In this document: piece by piece, positions 35,760 through 43,876 of the stretch
How the letters are laid out: each line of letters starts with the position of its first letter
Position numbering within the stretch: the stretch's first letter is position 1
IMG/VR virus record: IMGVR_UViG_3300030107_004154
Location: 1 to 60,773 of that record
Source of the DNA: a virus
Lineage: Duplodnaviria; Caudoviricetes
DNA length: 60,773 nucleotides
Direction: 5' to 3' (one strand)
Notes under the pieces: model-generated
Told to the model about the DNA's origin: nothing
Database searches by the model: none
What the model saw: the letters and a program-made list of their open reading frames with translations, nothing else
Program-made: the position numbers and the translations under genes

Positions 35760-37864
35760 TATTCATTACCTCCTGTGGTTTTCATGGCCGCAGCTGCCAT
35801 CTTAGATGCTGCTGCAACTTCAGTTTGTTGTTGCCTCATGGCGTTTGTCATATTTGATAAACGTTCACGAAGCTCCAATTCCTCACGTTTCGCTTGTAGT
35901 TTACTCTGTAACTCTGCAACCTTCAACTGTGGATCTGCTTCAGCCTGTTCTACCTTAGCTACATTCAAGGCAGACTCAGTCTGTGTTCTAGTGACTTCAG
36001 CTTCTAATTTAGCAATTTCTAGCTGAGTAGCTCGTATCTGTGATTCCATTTGGAATTGTTGTAATTGTAACTGTTCTTCTGTTGGAGGGGCTGTGCCTTC
36101 CAGTTGTCTAATTCTATCTGCAATATCTGCTTTACGTGATAAGTGTGAGTACTCCACAATCATATCATTTGGTATTGGTACTCCAACCCCTCGAAGCTCA
36201 ATAGCCTCAGCAAATTGCATTTCATCAAAGTTATCTCTAGCAGGAGCAGTACCAACAATAACGTCATACTCTCCAATTGTTAAACTATTAATAACTTCTC
36301 CTTCTGGGGTCATTTCATTGACCATCATTGGTTGACTTGTTTTATAAGGGTCAGATTCATCTGTCACTTGTATAATTCTTTCTTCTGTATAAAAAGCTTG
36401 CACTAAATTTAATATTTTCTCTGCTAAGTATTGTCTAGTTTTAGCTAAGTTATCTAAAGGTACTTGTAGCATTAAAGAACCCCTATTTTGCTTAGCATTA
36501 ATTGCTACTCCTGAAACTTCTGGGCTGTCCATACCAAGCATTGCATCAGAAATTCCACTAATTTGTTTAATGTTTGCAGAGGCTTTTTGCCCTAACCTAT
36601 CTAAACCTGTAGGAATCTGGTTTGGTGGAATTTTGGCTGGAGGTGTGGAGCCACGATTAAACTCTAATACTAAGCCAGTTTCTGCACCATGCTCTTCTAG
36701 ATCATCCGCATTCATACCAGATAGAGACCCTGACTCCACAATCCAACCACTATTTGCCGTAGTATTTACAATGTGAAGCTCTTGGGATGTTATTTTGTTT
36801 AGCTGCTCCTGAGGGGATAGGAGATTTCGTACCATTCCAAAAGGTTTTCCACGCCTAAAATACGGAAAATAAGGAACTAAAGTAAAATGTTTATAAGGGG
36901 ACCAATCATCAAAAAGGACAACTGTATCTGCGGACACTGTCCAACGGACCTTCCGAATTTTTTTCTCTATTATTGCTAAACCAAACTGCGTAGCAAAATC
37001 TTCTCTTTTCTTTTTCCCCCAATTCCCAGGTACTTGTCTTTTATCCCCTGTAACAGGGTCAACAAAAAACATACAATCATCTAATCTATAATATTGTCTT
37101 TCTAATACTCTAATAGATTTAAGCATACGTGCATTTTCTGGGTCATTTGGCATTTGATTGCCATACTCATTCTGGTCTGTATCTCCATATCGTACTTCTT
37201 CAAATTCCATAGAATCAGCACCTAAAGTAGTACCAGTCTCTGCTAATAGTCTTAGCTTATCCGCTTTTTCTTGCCCGTATATTTCTTCTATCTCATCTAA
37301 GCTCATCCACTTGGTTTCAAATATTTCATTCCAAGTTCTTGGGTCATAATGTTTTGCGTCTGGGTCAATAAGAATATCTAATGGGTCTTTCGACTCTATG
37401 CGTACTTCCCCCATAACATGATCATCAAAATCTATACGTACATCGAACCAACCCCTATCTTGTATTAACCCATCTTGGAATACCTGAGCTTCTACCCAAT
37501 CTAATTTATTATTATCTGATATCTGCGCATAAACTTTAGTGAGTACATCAGCAATGGCTTGGTGGCCACCCCCTCTAGGTTTAAATTGAATATCTGCTTT
37601 TTTAGCACTCTGTTCTCCAAGTACAGCATTAATGGTAGGTAATATAGTATTAATAGTTAGAGCTGGCCGCCCTTGGTCGTCGAGCTGTTGCATATCGAAC
37701 GTATCCCACTGGTCTCCTCTATAATAGGCATCACACTTTTTTGCCATTTCAATAAAATCATCATGCCCAGCATCTCGGGCACGAACGTAAGAGTTCCATT
37801 GGTTTTTTGCTAAAGTAAGTTCTTCAGCTTTTGTTAGTTTCTTTTTTGTCTTTTTATATGCCAT
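35759..37864 (-). CDS. Portal protein (P22/N4-like)
   Basis: YYRGDQW, GRPALTINTI, PFGMVRNLLSPQEQLNK, SGVAI, GEYDVIV; C-terminal Q-rich coiled coil. Confidence 0.9.
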   Translation of the reverse strand: MAYKKTKKKLTKAEELTLAKNQWNSYVRARDAGHDDFIEMAKKCDAYYRGDQWDTFDMQQLDDQGRPALTINTILPTINAVLGEQSAKKADIQFKPRGGGHQAIADVLTKVYAQISDNNKLDWVEAQVFQDGLIQDRGWFDVRIDFDDHVMGEVRIESKDPLDILIDPDAKHYDPRTWNEIFETKWMSLDEIEEIYGQEKADKLRLLAETGTTLGADSMEFEEVRYGDTDQNEYGNQMPNDPENARMLKSIRVLERQYYRLDDCMFFVDPVTGDKRQVPGNWGKKKREDFATQFGLAIIEKKIRKVRWTVSADTVVLFDDWSPYKHFTLVPYFPYFRRGKPFGMVRNLLSPQEQLNKITSQELHIVNTTANSGWIVESGSLSGMNADDLEEHGAETGLVLEFNRGSTPPAKIPPNQIPTGLDRLGQKASANIKQISGISDAMLGMDSPEVSGVAINAKQNRGSLMLQVPLDNLAKTRQYLAEKILNLVQAFYTEERIIQVTDESDPYKTSQPMMVNEMTPEGEVINSLTIGEYDVIVGTAPARDNFDEMQFAEAIELRGVGVPIPNDMIVEYSHLSRKADIADRIRQLEGTAPPTEEQLQLQQFQMESQIRATQLEIAKLEAEVTRTQTESALNVAKVEQAEADPQLKVAELQSKLQAKREELELRERLSNMTNAMRQQQTEVAAASKMAAAAMKTTGGNE

Positions 37865-39510
37865 TATGCGCTCATTGCAGTTTTACTCTTTTTGTCTTTC
37901 GCAATATATCTTAACCTATCTCGCCAAGAAGGTATATGCTCAGGCCTCTCATAAAAAGTTGCAAACTCAACCATCATTAAACCCACCCAGGCCAAAGCAT
38001 CAACTTGGTCATCATTGACCCCATTAGGAAAACGAAGAAGTTCAGCCACCATTGGGCCGGTCCAAATTGCGTCCTTCGGAAAGTATACCATGCCTTGTTG
38101 CATTCTACCTTGAATTGCTCTAGCTCTAGCTTCTTTATCTCGTCGCCCAACTTTTAAATCCTTAAAATAAGCAGAATGTAATTTACGTTCTGCTACACGT
38201 TTCTCTAGGAAAGGACCAATAGCCATTTCGATATGACCACGTTCTATCCCCACGATTCCCGGTCGCCACTGTTCGTACAAATCCAGGATCTTTTCTACAA
38301 GCTCGAATCCGTCATACTTCCCACGTACAGCATCAACTACAAACATATTATCATATTCATCTACTCCAACTACAACCCCAACAGAAAAATCGTTCCTTTC
38401 TCTTTGTCCTATAGCCAAGTCCCACGCACAATAATATCGTAATCTGTCATATTCAATTTCTTCGGGTTCATAATATTTAACCATGTCCCTAGTAAAATAG
38501 TCACCTTCATCTGATACTGGGTTCTGTTGGTATAGCGCGGTCCAGTCCCTTGGACCAATCGCTTTTTGTATCATTTCTAAAGATTCTAGGTTGTATCTTT
38601 CTGGGTGTAATGGTTCGCCTGTTTTTCTAAATTCTTCATCTTCTTCTGCTACTGCTGGATATTTGACCACTTCCCATTCATCTGCGCCATCTTCCGCATG
38701 TTGCAATAAACGGCCAGCTAAATCATCATCATGCCATCTAGTAAGAATAACTAGTATACCTCCACCGGGGGATAGTCGGGTATATGCTGTAGAGGTATAC
38801 CAGTCCCACGTCGCTTCGCGGTTGTTTTCAGATTCAGCATCTTCTCTGTTTTTTACCGGGTCATCAATTAATAATATATTTGCACCTTTACCTGTAATAC
38901 CACCACCAACACCGGCCGCGACATAACCACCCCCTTGGGTCGTTAACCAGGATTCGATAGACTGCGAATCTTTATCTAGTTTTGTTTTTTCAAAAACATT
39001 TTTATAGTTAGGTTCCCTTAATAATTGACGAACCTTCCTTGAGAAACTCATAGCTAAGGAGCCCGAATACGAACAACTAATAAATTCATGTTTTGGGTTT
39101 TTTCCTAAATGCCAAGCAGGAAAAGCCACACTAGCCAGAGTTGACTTCCCATGCCTCGGAGGCATAAACAGCATCAGTCTTGGGGATTTCTGATCAGCCA
39201 CATCTTGACTAAATTTCTCCAATCGTTGGCAAATATCTTTATGGACCCAACCTGCTTGGTAATCAGGATTAAATTTTTCTACAAAGGGTAGAAGACGTTT
39301 TCTGGACAATACACGCATCGCCAGTTCTTTTTCTGCACGAGCTTGTGCATCTAGTTCTTTTTGATCTGGACCGGGGTCCGCTGGTGGAGGTTTAGGCAAC
39401 TCGTCCGCTTCATCCGCTGCGCAATACACACAGAGCCCTTTGGGCAATACAAGATTTTCAGCTAATAGCTTCTTGCACTTGTAGCATTCGAGCTTTTGTA
39501 AATCTGGCAT
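37864..39510 (-). CDS. terL: Terminase large subunit
   Basis: MPPRHGKS Walker A, LLIDDPVK Walker B, TRWHDDDLAG, ALYQQNP, AWDLA, FPNGVNDDQVDA; N-terminal CxxC...CxxC. Confidence 0.95.
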   Translation of the reverse strand: MPDLQKLECYKCKKLLAENLVLPKGLCVYCAADEADELPKPPPADPGPDQKELDAQARAEKELAMRVLSRKRLLPFVEKFNPDYQAGWVHKDICQRLEKFSQDVADQKSPRLMLFMPPRHGKSTLASVAFPAWHLGKNPKHEFISCSYSGSLAMSFSRKVRQLLREPNYKNVFEKTKLDKDSQSIESWLTTQGGGYVAAGVGGGITGKGANILLIDDPVKNREDAESENNREATWDWYTSTAYTRLSPGGGILVILTRWHDDDLAGRLLQHAEDGADEWEVVKYPAVAEEDEEFRKTGEPLHPERYNLESLEMIQKAIGPRDWTALYQQNPVSDEGDYFTRDMVKYYEPEEIEYDRLRYYCAWDLAIGQRERNDFSVGVVVGVDEYDNMFVVDAVRGKYDGFELVEKILDLYEQWRPGIVGIERGHIEMAIGPFLEKRVAERKLHSAYFKDLKVGRRDKEARARAIQGRMQQGMVYFPKDAIWTGPMVAELLRFPNGVNDDQVDALAWVGLMMVEFATFYERPEHIPSWRDRLRYIAKDKKSKTAMSA

Positions 39511-39602
39511 TAATACCTTTTACTTTTTTGCTTTCTTGCTTTTTTTGCTGCCGCTTTTCCCTTTTTTGTGTACGGGAACTTTTTCTTTCCTACTTTTGGC
39601 AT
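39510..39602 (-). CDS. 30-aa basic peptide coupled to terL (not in ORF track)
   Basis: MPKVGKKKFPYTKKGKAAAKKARKQKSKRY; TAA overlaps terL ATG (TAATG); AGGAG upstream. Confidence 0.6.
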   Translation of the reverse strand: MPKVGKKKFPYTKKGKAAAKKARKQKSKRY

Positions 39603-39717
39603 TTCTTTTCTCCTTTTGCTCTGAAACCATAACACTACCCATATAGGCAAAAAAAGCTAAGCCAATAAGTAAAGCTATTCCAAAAACAATATCCATAACG
39701 AGCTTAAGTGTTTCCAC
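39520..39717 (-). CDS. Small membrane protein
   Basis: TM helix IVFGIALLIGLAFFAYM; the basic C-terminal part overlaps the 30-aa peptide in another frame. Confidence 0.45.
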   Translation of the reverse strand: METLKLVMDIVFGIALLIGLAFFAYMGSVMVSEQKEKRNAKSRKEKVPVHKKGKSGSKKSKKAKK

Positions 39718-39856
39718 TAGGTTTAGCTAATCCAGTTAGTTTCCCTTTTATAGGAGTAAGCTTCATACTTCCATCTTTATTTTGAGAAATCTGCGTATGG
39801 GTAGTTGTTCTTTTTACTCTCCTAGCATCTGCCGCTTGTTTATATTTAGTTGACAC
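39704..39856 (-). CDS. 50-aa basic protein (not in ORF track)
   Basis: AAGGAGG SD then GTG: MSTKYKQAADARRVKRTTTHTQISQNKDGSMKLTPIKGKLTGLAKPSGNT. Confidence 0.5.
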   Translation of the reverse strand: MSTKYKQAADARRVKRTTTHTQISQNKDGSMKLTPIKGKLTGLAKPSGNT

Positions 39857-40370
39857 TTTTATCCTCCTTGCTTGGCTCTAAGTAATTTGTCTCAGATCCT
39901 GCTATTTTTAATAATTCAGAATCTGACATACGCTCGAGTCTCTCTAAATTATCTACATTAATATTAACCTGTGTTGCTTGCTCAGGTGCAAATAGACCGT
40001 GAAGCTTGCATAAAGAATCGACGACATTTTTTTCTTCCGTCGCGTTTGCAGATTTTCTATGTGCTTCTAAATACATAGTAGTCGCAGTAGTGCGGTCAAA
40101 TTTTACTTCTTCACGCATCTCGGACCGTAGATAATCAACCGCCTTTACAATGGCAGGTCTTTTAAAAACCTCGTACACGGAATCCTGGTTACGGTACCCC
40201 GCTGCACGGCCCGCGGCCGCTTTACTCATTCCTTTTAGATAAAATAAAATTAACCTTTCTTCTTGGACCGAAAGCTCGGATAAACGAACCCCCGCGTAAG
40301 GAAAATGGGATTGCAACTCTGTTCTATCTTCATCAGTTACTTCAACTGCTTCGTTTTCTAACAGGCTCAT
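39846..40370 (-). CDS. terS: Terminase small subunit
   Basis: HTH-like GMSKAAAGRAAGY, LCKLHGLF; first gene of the late block, upstream of terL. Confidence 0.75.
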   Translation of the reverse strand: MSLLENEAVEVTDEDRTELQSHFPYAGVRLSELSVQEERLILFYLKGMSKAAAGRAAGYRNQDSVYEVFKRPAIVKAVDYLRSEMREEVKFDRTTATTMYLEAHRKSANATEEKNVVDSLCKLHGLFAPEQATQVNINVDNLERLERMSDSELLKIAGSETNYLEPSKEDKSVN

Positions 40371-40376
40371 GTGCTA

Positions 40377-40406
40377 AATATAACTTATTAAAGTGTTATT
40401 TGTAAA
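40377..40406 (-). promoter_or_regulatory. Sigma70-like promoter for the late/terS unit (leaderless geometry)
   Basis: TTTACA-N18-TATATT, 6 nt before the ATG; no SD. Confidence 0.4.
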
Positions 40407-40554
40407 TTTTTTGTGGAAAATTTTTTTTGAAAAAATATAGTAGAAATCGCTCACGCATGGGATTCTACTATCACTACAGAAGCACTCCCCTCCCGAATCG
40501 GATCGGGGATAAGGAAATCCAAATCAAAGATTTGGAACCTTGTATTGAAAAAAC

Positions 40555-40580
40555 CGCTCTGGCGCACGCGCCTACGAGCG
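40555..40580 (+). promoter_or_regulatory. Conserved bulged hairpin element, copy 1
   Basis: CGCTC-T-GGCGC-AC-GCGCC-TAC-GAGCG; covaries with copies 2 and 3. Confidence 0.7.
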
Positions 40581-40657
40581 CTTACATATCTCTATGTAGT
40601 TAGTAAAGAGGAGCTAGCTACTATCATCATTAACCATCCTCACTTAAGGAGTCCATC

Positions 40658-41020
40658 ATGGATATCATTAAATTATTAGGTAACGGCGTCGGTAACATAC
40701 TCAAAGCAGGGTATACAATCGGCAAGGGTACCGCTAACTCATTCACCGAAGGTGTAAAAGAATCTTTCAAAGATCCAGCTGATAACATAGTTGGCAACAT
40801 GGAAGAAGATACATCTCTTGGTTATAAATCTGTCCAAGAAGAAGTCATGGAGGGAGCAAGAGATAACCCTCTAGACTATGAAGACGGAGAGTTAGATAAA
40901 CCAATCGCTGAAAAATATCGTGAGCTTAAAAAAGCTAAAGCTGAATCTGAAGCTGAATTTAAAGCTCAACATCAGACAGTTCAAACTGAGTTTGATTTCG
41001 AACCAGGAGGACAGAGATGA
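40658..41020 (+). CDS. Early hypothetical protein (acidic)
   Basis: SD TAAGGAG; 120 aa. Confidence 0.65.
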   Translation: MDIIKLLGNGVGNILKAGYTIGKGTANSFTEGVKESFKDPADNIVGNMEEDTSLGYKSVQEEVMEGARDNPLDYEDGELDKPIAEKYRELKKAKAESEAEFKAQHQTVQTEFDFEPGGQR

Positions 41021-41202
41021 ACGGTAACATCAGACGTCTAGCATGTGGGGTAGCCTTAGCTACCTCACTCCTATTAGCAATAGAATTAATACTATCATCA
41101 GGTATGGTATCTTACATTGGTGGTGTCTACGCATTCACCTTTGGAGTGGTATTCGCTAGTTCAATAGCTTATTTCATTCATTTATCTAAAGAGGTATCAT
41201 GA
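41017..41202 (+). CDS. Small 2-TM membrane protein
   Basis: ATGA overlap; two hydrophobic helices. Confidence 0.6.
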   Translation: MNGNIRRLACGVALATSLLLAIELILSSGMVSYIGGVYAFTFGVVFASSIAYFIHLSKEVS

Positions 41203-41315
41203 ACAAGTTAAAGTATTTAATTCTCATTCCTCTCTATCCACTATTCCTAGTTGGATTAACATTTTCTTTCTTTGTCCATCAAGTCAGAAGACAGGCTTGG
41301 CTTAATAAATCTTAA
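41199..41315 (+). CDS. 38-aa membrane peptide (not in ORF track)
   Basis: GAGG SD, ATGA overlap; MNKLKYLILIPLYPLFLVGLTFSFFVHQVRRQAWLNKS. Confidence 0.55.
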   Translation: MNKLKYLILIPLYPLFLVGLTFSFFVHQVRRQAWLNKS

Positions 41316-41320
41316 CTAAC

Positions 41321-41346
41321 GGGGGTGTCCAGCCCCCTTCTTTTTT
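41321..41346 (+). terminator. Rho-independent terminator
   Basis: GGGGG-TGTCCAG-CCCCC followed by TTCTTTTTT. Confidence 0.7.
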
Positions 41347-41406
41347 ATTTAACTACTATCATCAGTGCCGAAGTGCTTCTGCATCTTCGTGCACTGCCTG
41401 CATTTA

Positions 41407-41692
41407 TGGTTCCGTCTGTTCCACAGACATGTGCCGATGTGGAACCACATCGTGGAACCAATATTAAATGCATGGGAATGCGGTTTTGCGACTGCAAAGT
41501 TGCATTCTGGTTCCGCGGTTCCGCGTATTTCAGAACTATGTACTGAAATGAACCGTGGATCGTGGTTCTTGGTTTTAGGTTTAGAAGACCTAAAACTAGT
41601 GGAACCAGTGGAACCAAACCTTACAACCCTGACTGTTGTTGGGCTAATCGTGTTCCATTACTCGTGGAACCAAGTGGAACCATGTGGAACCA
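41407..41692. repeat. Iteron-like GTGGAACCA array (candidate replication origin or packaging site)
   Basis: Exact GTGGAACCA at 41439, 41452, 41599, 41608, 41664, 41674, 41684; inverted/variant copies at 41407, 41417, 41508, 41516, 41651. Confidence 0.75.
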
Positions 41693-41728
41693 AATTTTCG
41701 TCGCTCGCGCCTCTCGGCGCTCGCTCAC

Positions 41729-41754
41729 CGCCCTTTCGCAAGCGAATACGGGCG
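41729..41754 (+). promoter_or_regulatory. Conserved bulged hairpin element, copy 2
   Basis: CGCCC-T-TTCGC-AA-GCGAA-TAC-GGGCG. Confidence 0.7.
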
Positions 41755-41818
41755 TTTCTATTGTTATATGATCTTGGTACGGGTGTATCGAGACTTAACC
41801 TTAACTTAAGGAGATATT

Positions 41819-42067
41819 ATGAATCAATTATATTCATTATACATATTAAAATCTGGCGCTGATGGTAAAAACAGAAAGCGTGAGGTTGGCATAGCTACTA
41901 CTAATAAAGATGGTAGCTTAACATTACACTTTGACGTTGCTGTTCCGCTAACTGCGGACAATGAGCAAGCTAAAGTGTTCATGAGGGTTATTGAGCCAAG
42001 AGCTCAGGCCCAGGCAAATGGGCAGTCAACTGAGAATGTTGAACCAGCTCAAGCTGTAGCAAGTTAA
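41819..42067 (+). CDS. Small early protein, possibly ssDNA-binding
   Basis: SD TAAGGAG; REVGIATTNKDGSLTLHFD beta-hairpin pattern. Confidence 0.55.
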   Translation: MNQLYSLYILKSGADGKNRKREVGIATTNKDGSLTLHFDVAVPLTADNEQAKVFMRVIEPRAQAQANGQSTENVEPAQAVAS

Positions 42068-42232
42068 TTGCTAACATAGTCTACCCCTGCTCTATCAGAC
42101 CCGAGGGCAGGGCAAGACTTTAAAATTGCTGAGGTCTGTGGTTACTTCGAAGAACCAACGTAATGCTCGGAGTGCTGGTAAGCAGAGATATCCCACGGCG
42201 AGAATGAAAAAGCTCGCCACCCCTTAAATATT

Positions 42233-42418
42233 ATGAAAAAGAAAAAAATGACTATCGTAGAAAAACATGGCAGAAGTGGACCTTCCATCTCTGTTACATG
42301 GAAAGATGACGCTCTCTTAGAGAACTTGAAGAAGCTGTTAGGTCTAAAGACCAAACCAGCTGTAATACGATTTCTTGTAGAGAGATTTCGAAATGATTTA
42401 ATTAATCTGACTAAATAG
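42233..42418 (+). CDS. Ribbon-helix-helix-like DNA-binding protein
   Basis: SISVTW strand followed by helices LLENLKKLLG and KPAVIRFLVE. Confidence 0.55.
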   Translation: MKKKKMTIVEKHGRSGPSISVTWKDDALLENLKKLLGLKTKPAVIRFLVERFRNDLINLTK

Positions 42419-42427
42419 GAGGTTGTT

Positions 42428-42589
42428 ATGTTGGAATTTATGCTTGGATTACTGCTCGGTGGCTTCCTAGGCTACGTAGTGGTTTCTTATAGTTTTTATC
42501 AACTCGCCGTAGATTCATCTTGGCGCGAGTGGATTGAATTAAGAGATGAAGCCAGGAAGACTAGGATACAACTCGAACTCGAGGAGTGA
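42428..42589 (+). CDS. 53-aa membrane-anchored protein (not in ORF track)
   Basis: AGGAGG SD; MLEFMLGLLLGGFLGYVVVSYSFY... Confidence 0.6.
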   Translation: MLEFMLGLLLGGFLGYVVVSYSFYQLAVDSSWREWIELRDEARKTRIQLELEE

Positions 42590-42600
42590 GTGGAGGTAGA

Positions 42601-42641
42601 AGGGAATTAGTAGACGCGTGCGTCGAACATTCCCTTTTTTT
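42601..42641 (+). terminator. Rho-independent terminator
   Basis: AGGGAAT...GACGC/GCGTC...ATTCCCT followed by a T-run. Confidence 0.55.
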
Positions 42642-42834
42642 ATGTTTATTAGTTAACACGTGCAACATTGCTTCACGTGGAACAATCCGTGCGTGTTGCT
42701 ACTAGCCCCGCCTAAATCCGTGGCTGATGCTAAACCATCAGCCACCCCGCAGCGGTTACCCGTGCGGGTTTAGGCCGGCATCCGCAACAGCGCACCCCAG
42801 CTACAACTGCTTGCAATAGACCCCCTAAAGCTAG

Positions 42835-42860
42835 CGCCCTATCGCAAGCGATTACGGGCG
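42835..42860 (+). promoter_or_regulatory. Conserved bulged hairpin element, copy 3
   Basis: CGCCC-T-ATCGC-AA-GCGAT-TAC-GGGCG. Confidence 0.7.
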
Positions 42861-42905
42861 ATTCCATAATTTAGTGTATTTAATTAAGTCCATAAGGAGG
42901 TAAAT

Positions 42906-43061
42906 ATGGAACCAATACAAGTACCTGAAGAGGTATTAAATCAAGCTGAGGAAGCAGAAATGCGTTCGCGAGCTGAATACATGAATTCTGGTGAGTTTAT
43001 AGAAAGATTTATCAGACGAATTAACGCTATAAGAGGAGGAAAACAACATGGCGAGAACTAG
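42906..43061 (+). CDS. 51-aa protein (not in ORF track)
   Basis: Perfect SD TAAGGAGGT; MEPIQVPEEVLNQAEEAEMRSRAEYMNSGEFIERFIRRINAIRGGKQHGEN. Confidence 0.65.
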   Translation: MEPIQVPEEVLNQAEEAEMRSRAEYMNSGEFIERFIRRINAIRGGKQHGEN

Positions 43062-43812
43062 AAATGTGGATCATTTCGATCCATCAGACCAGGAAACAAA
43101 GGAATTGGTCACCCCAAACGAAACACCGGAATCAGCATTTATCCCTGATACTAATGCTGACCCCGAGGGTTCTGAAGTAAGAGATAAGCAATTGGCTATA
43201 CATTTGCCTGACTTTTACTTTAGAAAATACACTTTAGATGATTTAGGTAATCCTACCTTTATTCAGTCTAGAGTGGATGGGGTTATGGCTGTCTTTGAAG
43301 ATAAGAAAAATTCGATAATGACATTCAATAACCCAGACGATGAAGCAAGAAAGAAGGAAGAAGAATATTACCTTAAACAGTGCACTACGATAGCAGACGG
43401 CCTTATGCCTCTATTGGAAGTTGATCCACAGTCTACAGGTATTAACTTTTTGCAACTCACCACTAGAACGTGGGCAGAGTTCGCTTCTATTGCATATGAG
43501 TACAAGGAAGAAGCAAGCATGGCTAATCCAAACGATGATTTACCAACATGGTTGATCGAACGTGAAGATAAGATGTTTGGCCTTGGACGAAAAGCAAGAA
43601 TGCTTTCCGCTGTAGTCGGACTTATTGGGCAGGACTTTGGACTGCGTGATTTAAGTCTTAATTCACAGCGTGTCAGAATCGAAATTGAGAGACGTCAACA
43701 ACGTTTAGCTGAATGGAACTTTAAGAACCATGCAGATCAGTCGGTGAAGACAGCAAATACTTTAAACAGTGCAACACAAGAGCACACTAATAGTGTGTTT
43801 AGTAGCGCATAG
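43048..43812 (+). CDS. Hypothetical protein
   Basis: 254 aa; SD GGAGG. Confidence 0.7.
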   Translation: MARTRNVDHFDPSDQETKELVTPNETPESAFIPDTNADPEGSEVRDKQLAIHLPDFYFRKYTLDDLGNPTFIQSRVDGVMAVFEDKKNSIMTFNNPDDEARKKEEEYYLKQCTTIADGLMPLLEVDPQSTGINFLQLTTRTWAEFASIAYEYKEEASMANPNDDLPTWLIEREDKMFGLGRKARMLSAVVGLIGQDFGLRDLSLNSQRVRIEIERRQQRLAEWNFKNHADQSVKTANTLNSATQEHTNSVFSSA

Positions 43813-43822
43813 TTTAAATAAT

Positions 43823-43854
43823 CGGGGAGAGCTTTAGGGCTTTCCCCGCTTTTT
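43823..43854 (+). terminator. Rho-independent terminator
   Basis: CGGGGAGAGCT-TTAG-GGCTTTCCCCG then CTTTTT. Confidence 0.75.
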
Positions 43855-43876
43855 ATAGTCTAAATGGAGGAAAATT

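Noticed and set aside
781-39000. Numerous short plus-strand ORFs antisense to late genes
   Set aside because: Ser/Pro/Leu-rich antisense shadows of well-supported minus-strand genes
41325-41862. Overlapping ORFs 41325..41546, 41345..41617, 41365..41862, 41562..41771
   Set aside because: They lie after a terminator, translate the GGAACC repeats in several frames, and lack SDs
42068-42830. tRNA or hammerhead ribozyme in the structured early-region spacers
   Set aside because: No T-loop GTTCRA in a cloverleaf context and no CUGAnGA...GAAA core found by eye
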